Assembly: GCA_965198065.1 (NCBI GenBank)
Contig: CBDAON010000004.1
Location: 2,624,001-2,688,000, forward strand
Direction of reading: 5' to 3'
DNA: 64,000 nt
Origin: Longimicrobiales bacterium
GTDB lineage: Bacteria; Gemmatimonadota; Gemmatimonadetes; Longimicrobiales; Gaopeijiaceae
In this document: in pieces, positions 53,685 to 64,000 of the stretch
Layout: the number at the start of each line of letters is the position of its first letter
How positions within the stretch are numbered: the first letter of the stretch is position 1
Made by a program: the position numbers and the translations under genes
The notes under the pieces: model-generated
What the model saw: the letters and a program-made list of their open reading frames with translations, nothing else
Told to the model about the DNA's origin: nothing
Databases searched by the model: none

Positions 53685-54071
53685 CTGCTGGTTGGTTGCG
53701 CGTTTTCGCTCTGGCGGAGCGTGTTCTTAGTTCAGAGAACGCGCCAGGACGAGGAGTTGCTCCGCGATGCAAAGTCTTTCGTGAGGACTGTCGTGGAGGA
53801 CAACTCCATCAACTACTCTCAAGACAAGAGAACGAGGGCCTGGACGGCGGGATATTACCTCAACAACGCTTTCTTCCGCCTATCTCTGGCCTATGATCGA
53901 CTGCCGGCCAATAAAAAGGTGAAGCGGCTGCATGAAGCTCCGGTCAGAGAGTGGGATGGCGTTACAACTCGGCGAGATCTCACCGGGGCAGATGCGGGAA
54001 GGATGGGAGCAGGCGTACAAGGCCGCGATAGAGGTACTCGAACCGTTGCGAACACCCTAAGGTGCGATTAA
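53685..54071 (+). pseudogene. N-terminally truncated hypothetical gene
   Basis: protein-like stretch LLVGCAFSLWRSVFL...WTAGYYLNNAFFRL begins at the edge of the IS256 remnant. Confidence 0.45.
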
Positions 54072-54635
54072 GACGCATGTAGTGATTTTACCAGCTCATG
54101 CCCCGGCTTGGATCGTCGAACAGTCTCAGCGCCGGCGGCCCTCAGCATCCGGATTCTTGGGGACATGTTTGCGGAGACCCGACATGGCTGTAGTCGGGAG
54201 ACCCGAGTCGGTGTTCGACTGTTCGGGGTGTTCGGGGGGGAGGTGCCCAGCGCCAGTTTGCTGTATCCCTCGACGGGTTCTCTTTCGATTCGGCGTAGGT
54301 GTCTTAGGTTGGGCTGCTTATGGAAGCACCGCGGGAAGGCTTACGCCGGGTTGCGCTTTCGATGGGTGGCCTCGGATTCCTCTCGTGGTCTCTTCTACTT
54401 ATTACCGACCTACTTTCCGAAGGCGCTGGAGACGAATGGACGGGGTGGGACTATCTCTGGGTCTCTCCGTTCTGTGGGTCATTGGTGGAGTGATCGTCTT
54501 TGCGATCCCTCTGTTATTGGTTCGTTGGGTCATCTGAATATGGGATGGGTTTGCCGGACGCGACAGGGCCGAGGGATGAACATCCCCCGACCTGACGCAA
54601 CACTACCCCGTTCAGCCCCCCGGTAATCTTCAGGA

Positions 54636-55151
54636 ATGGTGCTTCATCCCGACAGCTACCTGCCCGAGTTCTTCACCGAGGAACGGCTCGCTCACTACCG
54701 TGAGCTTCAGGAGCGGTTTCCGCTTTGGTGTGGGCATTGGCCACCCGACCAGGGCACCGTGCTCGAACGGCTGACCTGGGACTCGGCTGCGCAGATCCGG
54801 GGGGTCATCGACAAGGCTAAGATCGAGCTTGAGAAGCATCAATTCTTCCTCACCCACTGGTTTGCCACACCCCAGCCGGACCTCTTGCCGGGGATAATCT
54901 TTGAAATCCAACGGTACGAGGGGGAGGTGGAACTCGATGACGGTAGGCTCGACCACGCCACTTCCCATCATGCGGTCCCCCCAGAGCCAAACCTTCACAC
55001 GGCGTGGCTATCTGCCCTGAACTACGTTGGCCATCCGTGGATGACCGAGCCCGCGGACGTGTCGGGCCCATCCCCCGATGACACGGCGGCGCATTGGGTC
55101 ACCGCTTGTACGGCCACCTGCAGCAGCGGCCTGACCGCAGTACTGTTGTAG
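54636..55151 (+). CDS. hypothetical protein
   Basis: ATG ORF, 171 aa, protein-like first ~100 aa; no family recognised. Confidence 0.4.
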   Translation: MVLHPDSYLPEFFTEERLAHYRELQERFPLWCGHWPPDQGTVLERLTWDSAAQIRGVIDKAKIELEKHQFFLTHWFATPQPDLLPGIIFEIQRYEGEVELDDGRLDHATSHHAVPPEPNLHTAWLSALNYVGHPWMTEPADVSGPSPDDTAAHWVTACTATCSSGLTAVLL

Positions 55152-55347
55152 AATACAGAGTTGCTGAGTTGGTACGGTTCCCGACCGAGGAGAGGCGGCG
55201 TGCGATTGCCGGTGGAGGAGGGGCTTGAGGGTGACCATCCCTGCCTGCACCTTGAGGAACCAGGGTCCGAATTGTGCCCCTAGTAGTGCCCCGTGGCTTT
55301 GGACCCAGGGAGTGTATAACGGTCAAACTGTTTTAGGACAACGTATT

Positions 55348-55431
55348 GCCGGGATGGCGAAATCGGCAGACGCGGAGGTCTCAAAAACCTCTGGGAGCAA
55401 TCCCTTGCGGGTTCGAGTCCCGCTCCCGGCA
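55348..55431 (+). tRNA. tRNA-Leu(CAA)
   Basis: acceptor GCCGGGA/TCCCGGC, D-loop GG, anticodon arm GAGGT-CTCAAAA-ACCTC, long variable arm, GGTTCGAGTCC; CCA not encoded. Confidence 0.96.
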
Positions 55432-55461
55432 TCAAGGACAGAGAATGGTTTTAGCGGGATG

Positions 55462-55487
55462 GGCCGCTCCTAGAGGGGCGGCCTTTT
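55462..55487 (+). terminator. intrinsic terminator after tRNA-Leu
   Basis: GGCCGCTCC-TAGA-GGGGCGGCC-TTTT. Confidence 0.8.
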
Positions 55488-55606
55488 CGGTGAGATCGAC
55501 TAGCCAGCTGTAGGACTCGCCGACCTACCTCAGCTCCCGGAAGAGGTGCATGGTCACGACTCCAGTCGAGTCATCAGTTGTCAGTTGACTCCGTGTCCGC
55601 ACGCGG

Positions 55607-55975
55607 CTATCCGATTGAGAGACGGATGTAGGCTCCCTCGATCTGGAAGCTGGGGCCTCCGGCCACGTCATTAAGGCCGTCGAGCTCCCAGGAAGGGCCA
55701 CCGGGAGCGAACGTGTATCCGACCTGGAGACCGACCAGCAGGCCGCCCCCTTCCTCACCATCGTCTTCCGTGAAGCGAACTCGATAGTTGGCACCTACGG
55801 ACCCGTCGAGGAGGAACATCCCATTCGAGAGTTCCGAGCTACGGGCGGGATTCTCAAGAACCTCCTCGAACGTGGGCGTACTTCGCTCCTTGAGAGCCAC
55901 GCTCATTGCCCCGCCCCCGATCCCAATCGTGGGGAAGACGTCGAAGCCTCCACTTGAGAACGCCAGGTAACCCAC
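55607..55975 (-). pseudogene. C-terminal fragment of an outer-membrane beta-barrel-like protein
   Basis: amphipathic strands (LLVGLQVGYTF, AYIRLSIG at the C-terminus); no N-terminal half. Confidence 0.45.
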
Positions 55976-56122
55976 ACGAAATAGTGCATATCCACCCCCG
56001 GCCGAGATCTCAAGCGAGCCGTCTGCGCTTCTTTCCTCCGAACCTACGACCGGTGATGATGCACTTTACGCAATACATTCACCGGGATAGCTTGTGCGCC
56101 ATTCGATCCTGCCCAATGGAGA

Positions 56123-56434
56123 ATGGCGTCCATGGCCGAAATTACGGAGAAGCAGAATACGGGAACGCTGTCGGAGGAACAGAAGAAGAAAGCTGTGTCG
56201 TGGTTGAACGAGAAACTGGAGAACGACCCGAAGTGTCCGATATGTGCACAGTCAAATTGGCTCATAGGAGACCTATCAGGTACGGGTGCAAGCGTCAAAT
56301 GCTATCTTGGGTGGGAGAGGGTTACCCTTGATCGCAATTATATGCAGGAATTGTGGCAACACTCAGTTCCTAAACATGCTCATCATGGGGTATGGGTGGA
56401 AAAGAAGCCATCGGAGGAGGAATCCGATGGCTAA
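56123..56434 (+). pseudogene. small zinc-ribbon protein with two compensating frameshifts
   Basis: CPIC in one frame, CRNCG in the next frame, acidic tail back in the first frame; low GC. Confidence 0.55.
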
Positions 56435-56725
56435 CGAGACCGAAATGGGAGAGGGTTATTCAACAACCAATTTTCGTGGACCTAGGGTGGTCAACGAATA
56501 CGCCGATCGCTCCGTGAAAAACCATCTTATTACAGAAATAGAGCTCAAGGGTCTGGGAAGAACTACCACCTTTATGACTCTGGCATTTTCCGTTGCTGCA
56601 TGGGCCATTGGTTTCGGATTGGATTCGGTGCGAGAGTATCAACTAGCTGGTGAAGAAGAAAGGTCCGTAGCCTTAAACTGGATCTTGGTCAATATCGTTA
56701 TTGCTGTCCCTTTTCTTATTGCAGG
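56427..56725 (+). pseudogene. two-TM membrane protein interrupted by IS3
   Basis: MANETEM...LAFSVAAWAIGFG...WILVNIVIAVPFLIAG; frame resumes at 57913 after removal of the IS. Confidence 0.55.
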
Positions 56726-57908
56726 TGACGTGACACCCTTAGTTGATCCGTTTATTCCCTGACTCCATGTGGTGGTTGAGGGCGAAGTCCGCAGGTGGGA
56801 GATCGCCCAGGGCGCTGTGGGGTCGGACGCGATTGTAGTCCTGCCTCCAGCGTTCGATCGTGTGCCTCGCATCCCGTAGGGAGAGGAACCAGTGGAGGTT
56901 CAGGCACTCGTCCCTGAAGCTCCCGAGGAAGCTCTCGACGAAGCAGTTCTGAATCGGCTTGCCCGGCTGTATGTATTCTATCTTGAGGTCCCGGGAGTAG
57001 GCCCAGGCGTCGAAGGCACGGCTCGTGAACTCGGAGCCGTTGTCGCAGATCACGCGCTCCGGCAAGCCGCGTTCCTCCCGAAGTCTCTCGAGCACCTCGA
57101 TCACGCTCGCCGCAGGGATCGAGTGAGCGACGTGGAGTGCCAGGCACTCGCGGCTGAACTCGTCGATCACCGCGAGGCACCGGAACACTCGGCCCGTACT
57201 CAGCGTGTCCATGATGAAGTCCACGCTCCACCGCTCGTTCGGATGGCCGAGTGGGTCACGCACCGGTCGTGGTACCTGGCTCCGTCGTCTCCGACCCTTT
57301 CGCCGCACCGCGAGCCCTTCCTCGCGGTAGAGCCGGTGGATCCGCTTCCGGTTCACCAGCCATCCCTCGCGGCGCAGAAGCACGTGGATGCGTCGGTAGC
57401 CCCAGCGAGGCCGCTCGCCCGCGAGCTCCCGGATCCTCGCACGTAACCCCTCCTGAGCTGGGCGCTCGCTTCGGTACCGGATCGTTGAACGCGGGAAGCC
57501 TGTCCAACGGACCACTCGACGCTCCGAGGCCTTCTCGGCGGCTTGCACCCTCCGGACGACCTGGCGCCGCTCCCCGGCCGTCACAACTCGTTTCCCAGCA
57601 GGTCCTTCAGCACCTGAAGGTTCAGCGCCTGGTCGGCCACGATGCGCTTGAGCCGTCGGTTCTCGTCCTCAAGTGCCTTCAACCGCCTCGCGTCACTGAC
57701 CTCAAGGCCCCCGTACTTCTTCTTCCACCGATAGAACGTGTCGTGGCTGATCCCGTGGCGTCGGCATACCTCTTTCGTCGCTCCGCCCGCCTCCGCCTCC
57801 CGTAGGATCCCGATGATCTGCTCTTCCGTGAACCTACTCTTCCTCATGACTCCTCACTTACTCCGAGGAGTCAGAGAATAGCTGGCTCAGCTTCCGGGTG
57901 TCACGTCA
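56726..57908 (-). mobile_element. intact IS3-family element (IS407-like)
   Basis: perfect 13-bp IR TGACGTGACACCC; 4-bp target duplication CAGG at 56722 and 57909; orfA 57581-57847 and orfB 56739-57584 intact; GGGAAAC slip site. Confidence 0.96.
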
Positions 57909-57937
57909 CAGGCATTGTTAACCTATGCCAGAGGTAT

Positions 57938-58376
57938 TGACCTGACCCGCTGAAACGAGACCAGGTGCAATGTTAGGATCGACCTGGTCCGAAGCTTTTC
58001 AGCGAGGAGGTCAGGATGGGAAGGAAGCGACACACTCCGGAGCAGATCATCACTGCAGTGCGGGAGGCAGAGGTCGGTCTGGCCGGCGGCAAATCCGTGA
58101 AGCTGATCAGGGGGGAGCTCGGCATCACCGAGCAGACGTACTACCGGTGGAGGCGGGAGTACGGCGGGATGAAGGTGGACCAGGCACGGCGCCTGAAGGA
58201 GCTCGAGCGCGAGAACGGGCGCCTGAAGCGAGCAGTGGCGGACTTGACACTGGACAAGCTGATCGTGGAGGAAGCGGCCAAGGGAAACTTCTGAGCCCCG
58301 AGGGCCGACGACGTTGTGTGGTGCGTGTACGTCAGCAGCTCGGGGCGTCGGAGAGGAGAGCGTGCCGGGTGCTCGG

Positions 58377-58378
<2 letters not shown>
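57938..58378 (+). mobile_element. partial IS3 copy (left end plus orfA), inverted near-copy of 49895-50335
   Basis: TGACCTGACCCGCTGAAACGAGACC; orfA 58016-58294 differs from 49979-50257 by one residue. Confidence 0.92.
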
Positions 58379-60404
<2,026 letters not shown>

Positions 60405-61152
60405 GTGGACGTCTGTACGTTCTGGCGAGGGCAAGGTCAGCGATCCCGGCCTTGATGTTGCGGGCCTACGCTTACGCTTCTAGGTCGGTGGCCGCCCCAC
60501 GGAAGGTACCGGACTCCTCCGGAGCACGGGAGAGTCAGCCCACACAATGTTTGAACTTGGGGATCTAGCGAGGCGATGCTGCGCCCCCTTTCGAACCCCC
60601 GGCTCCCTCGCCGCCGCCCGCGTATCGCTGGCGGAACTCGCCGACTGGCGCGCTAAGGCCATCGCCGCCGCCGTGTCGCTCCTGGTCTATGGATCCTTCG
60701 GCGGAATAGGCAGCGCCGGTGCGGGGCGGTGGACTACCAGTTCGCCAGCCACGCGCCCGTGAAAACGTCGGCAATCGCCGCGACTGAGGCCCTGTGCGCG
60801 GCCGACCGTGCGAGGGCACGGGCCTCAACCAAAGGGAACGTCGAGCCTAGAGTTGGTTTTTGGGATCCCCAGGGATGTTGGAAGCCCCGGCCCGCGAGTC
60901 CCAGGCCCGATCGCTTCCCCGGCCCGAAGCCGGTCGAGACAGTCGGCCCGGCGCTTTTTCGGACTGCCGTGCTCTCGAAAACACCGCTAGCAGGTGCATA
61001 TGCCGATGCTTGGGATTCCCGCCAATCGATTCCGCATTTCCCGCTATCGTGACTCGATGGAATCAGATATCCGCCAACGGCAAGTGCGGCAGATCGTGCA
61101 GTCCTAGTTGAACTTAGAAGATTTCTTGCCTTGCATCACGTCATCTGTACTC

Positions 61153-61627
61153 TGCCGAGTGGACCGAGATCGATCGGGAGAACGGCGTGTGGACCGTACC
61201 GGCTAGGCGGATGAAGTCGAACCGGGAGCACCGGGTGCCGCTGTGTGGCCGTGCACTGGAGATTCTGGACGGGGCACGGACGCTGGTGAAGGGAACCAGT
61301 CCGTATCTGTTTCCCAATCGGCTCGGCAAGCAGCTCGAGGAGAAGCAACTGCGCCGGATGCTCGGGAAGCACAAGATCGCGGCCGTGCCCCACGGTTTTC
61401 GCTCTAGCTTCCGCGATTGGGCGGCCGAGGAGACGAATCATCCGCGCGAGGTCATCGAAGCGGCCCTCACGCATGTGGTCCAGAACAGGGTCGAGGCAGC
61501 CTATCGGCGGACGGACCTGTTCGAGCGGCGTCGTCGGCTCATGGGTGACTGGGCTGCCTATCTAGCCGGAGCACCGCGAGAACCAGAGGCCACGACTCCC
61601 CGAGGGAATGCCGCCGAGCTCCGATGA
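61153..61627 (+). pseudogene. C-terminal half of a P4-like tyrosine integrase
   Basis: W.EID...WTVPARRMK..REHRVPL...HGFRSSFRDW...ALTH...AAYRRTDLFERRR. Confidence 0.88.
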
Positions 61628-61939
61628 AAAGCTTGGCCGGTCATCGGGGGCGCTAGTGATGGCCAACCGGGATTCGGAAGTCTCGGAAGTGGAGCCGGTG
61701 ACCAAGTCCACGGACACATGCGAGTTTCACCAATACCGCGGCAGTTAATTGCGTCCGGGACCTGAGAGCCATCGATCTGCCAAACATTCGGGAGTCAGAA
61801 TCCGAATAGCCAGCACGGAAGCCCTGCTGAACTCACCGATTCCTCATGACCTTCACTCCTCGAGCCCAAGAGCGCGCCTGGCCAGCCCGGGCAGAAGGTT
61901 GGCCAGCATGTTCGTTGTGGCGGTCAGCCCCAGCGAGGC

Positions 61940-63226
61940 TGATCTGACCCCCTAAGACGAGACCAAGTCCAGTTTTAGAATTCTGGACGGGTCGAGACAT
62001 GGAAAAGGAGGTCAGGATGGCAGCGCCAAAGAAGCTGAGCGCGGGACAAATCATCAACCAACTGCGCAGGGCGGAAGTGGCCCTGGCGAACGGGAAGAGG
62101 GTCAAGCAAGTGTGCCGGGAGCTGGGGGTGAAAGCGAGCAAACGTACTACCGGTGGCGCAAAGAGTACGGGGGAATGAAGGTGAGCCAGGCGAAGCGTCT
62201 CAAGGCGCTCGAGAAGCAAAACCAGCGACTGAAGCAGGCGGTGGCGGATCTGACGGTGGACAACATGATTTTGAAGGAAGCGTCCAAGGGAAACTTCTGA
62301 GCCCCGAGCGGCGCAGGCGGTGCGTGGTGCACAGTGCGGCAGCGGCTTGGGGTGAGCGAAAGGAAAGCGTGCCGGGTGCTGGGACAGGCGCGCTCGACGC
62401 AGCGTCGGATCCCGAAGCGCAGGGAGGACGAAGAGGCCCTGAGGCAGGACGTGGTGAAGGTTGGCTCGCAGGTTCGGACGCTACGGGTACCGGATGGTGA
62501 CGGGGATGCTGAGGACCGAGGGCTGGGCAGTGAACCACAAGCGGGTGGAGCGGATCTGGAGACAGGAGGGGCTTAAGGTGCCGAGCAAGCAGCCGAAACG
62601 GGGTCGCCTGTGGTGACGGACGGCTCCTGTATCCGACTGTGGCCCTTGTACCGACATCACGTTTGGGCGTATGACTTCGTGTCCGACCGGACCCACGACG
62701 GACGGCCACTGAAGATGCTGACGGTCCTGGACGAGTACAGCCGCGAGTGCCTGGCGATCGTGGTGGCCCGTAGGCTTCAGACGGACGATGTCCTGCAGAC
62801 GCTGAGCGAGTTGTTCGTTGAGCATGGCCCACCGGCGAACCTGCGCTCCGACAACGGTCCGGAGGTCACGGCCCGAGTGGTTCGGCAGTGGCTTGGAGGG
62901 TTGGGTGTGAAGACGCTGTTCATCGCACCCGGCAGCCCCTGGGAAAACGGCTACAATGAGAGCTTCAACGGCACGTTCAGGCAGGAGCTGTTGAGGCGCG
63001 AGATCTTCTATTCGCTGCAGGAGGCGAAGGTGCTGATCGAGCAGTGGCGGCGTGAATACAACACCGTCCGACCCCACAGCTCTCTGGGCTGTCTACCGCC
63101 CGCTCCTGAAGCCATTCGGCCCGACCCGAAGCTGCTCAACCTACCCTTGCTACTCGGACCTCACCCCAGGCAAAATGAGGCGGTTGGACTAACACTCTGG
63201 GTGGTACCACTCTTGGGGGTAGGTCA
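61940..63226 (+). mobile_element. IS3-family element, frameshifted; inverted relative of 51786-53074
   Basis: ends TGATCTGACCCCC / GGGGGTAGGTCA; orfA and orfB fragments; RSDNGPEV...PWENGYNESFNG. Confidence 0.9.
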
Positions 63227-63522
63227 CCACTCGGTCCGGGTGCCGACCGGCACGGCTTCGATGCGCGACCACTCGGACAGGGTCCGGGCAGCCGGCCGCC
63301 GTTGCGCCGCCTGAAGGCTACGGCCCAGAGGCACGTAGGTCCGGAAGGGCGTTTGGTGTATACCAGTGCCGACCAGGCCGGCCAAAATGGAAATCCCGGC
63401 TGGAACGTACTCACCGGAGGTTCGCACGTCGTGCAAGAGCCAGCACCATCCAGAACCCAGATGTCAACGACACACGCTTGGCGGTTTCGGCGATTGCGAG
63501 CCCGTGTCTCGCTGGTGATCCC

Positions 63523-63912
63523 ATGGTGACATGGCGCGCCTGGGGGATCCCAGTGCGATGCGGGGCGGGCATGGTGGCCCTGCAAACCCTCCTCGCGCTC
63601 TACCGCTTTGGAGACAGCACGGCCCTGCTGCAGTTGGTGAATCCGCTGATGTGGATCGGGCTGGGTCTGTTCTTCGTCACGGGCTGGGTCATTGGCTGGG
63701 TGGTGGAACGCCTTCTCCGCGGCACGACCGGTAGGTTCCGCACGCTGCTGCTGGGCGCGACGTTCCTGGCCACCCCCGTGGCGGTCGCCGGGAGCCTCGT
63801 GGGGGGGCTATTCGGCCCTCCGGGGGTCCTGCTCTATGGCCTGATCCCGTATCTCCTCCTGGTGGGGATTCCCAGACTGATTGGGGTCGTGTGGACCTGG
63901 CATGGCTCCTGA
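63523..63912 (+). CDS. hypothetical multi-TM membrane protein
   Basis: about four hydrophobic segments; start uncertain. Confidence 0.55.
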   Translation: MVTWRAWGIPVRCGAGMVALQTLLALYRFGDSTALLQLVNPLMWIGLGLFFVTGWVIGWVVERLLRGTTGRFRTLLLGATFLATPVAVAGSLVGGLFGPPGVLLYGLIPYLLLVGIPRLIGVVWTWHGS

Positions 63913-64000
63913 GCTTCCGGAAGCAGAGTACGAACAACTCGAGGCGGTGTAGGACCTCCCACCAGTTGGACTGCCCTCCTGATTCTGAACGAACCTGAGC

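Noticed and set aside
60578..60625. tRNA-like TTCGAACCCC segment as a possible attR
   Set aside because: Does not match the tRNA-Leu 3' end and no cloverleaf can be formed.
63968..64000. Possible further IS end (TGGACTGCCC...) at the window edge
   Set aside because: Too little sequence to support a call.

Overview
High-GC (about 70%) bacterial chromosome segment; gene content and order suggest Gemmatimonadota, which is my inference only. Bases 1 to about 48,900 are core genome. They hold purB, an HtrA protease, fsa, truA and a split trp cluster: trpD, a reverse-strand lexA, then trpC-trpF-trpB-HEAT protein-HD-GYP protein-trpA. Next come rqcH/NFACT, panB-panC-yqeK-LytR_C-lepB, rlmN, aspS-phoH-7TM-HD-ybeY-aarF, bioB, an SPFH plus ribbon-helix-helix pair, bioF with a bioD-bioA fusion, a shortened recQ, rne/rng-rplU-rpmA, a lytic transglycosylase, chorismate mutase, nfeD-floA, acnA, yciI and an NHL-repeat gene. 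Bases from about 49,000 to 64,000 are a lower-GC, IS-riddled accessory region around a tRNA-Leu(CAA). It contains five IS3-family copies or fragments, an IS256 remnant, a P4-like integrase remnant, a Sel1-repeat gene, a TOPRIM plus beta-propeller gene and a complete IS110 element. Highlights: (1) the IS110 left end encodes a readable bridge RNA whose four guide segments match the element's own ends and its actual insertion site, and the programmed target resembles an integron attC core; (2) a HEAT-repeat protein and an HD-GYP protein with a shared N-terminal domain are coupled between trpB and trpA; (3) there is a candidate CCGAA-N6-CCGAA LexA box; (4) an OLD-type TOPRIM domain is fused to a TolB-like propeller. 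Several single-base frameshifts may be sequencing or assembly errors.
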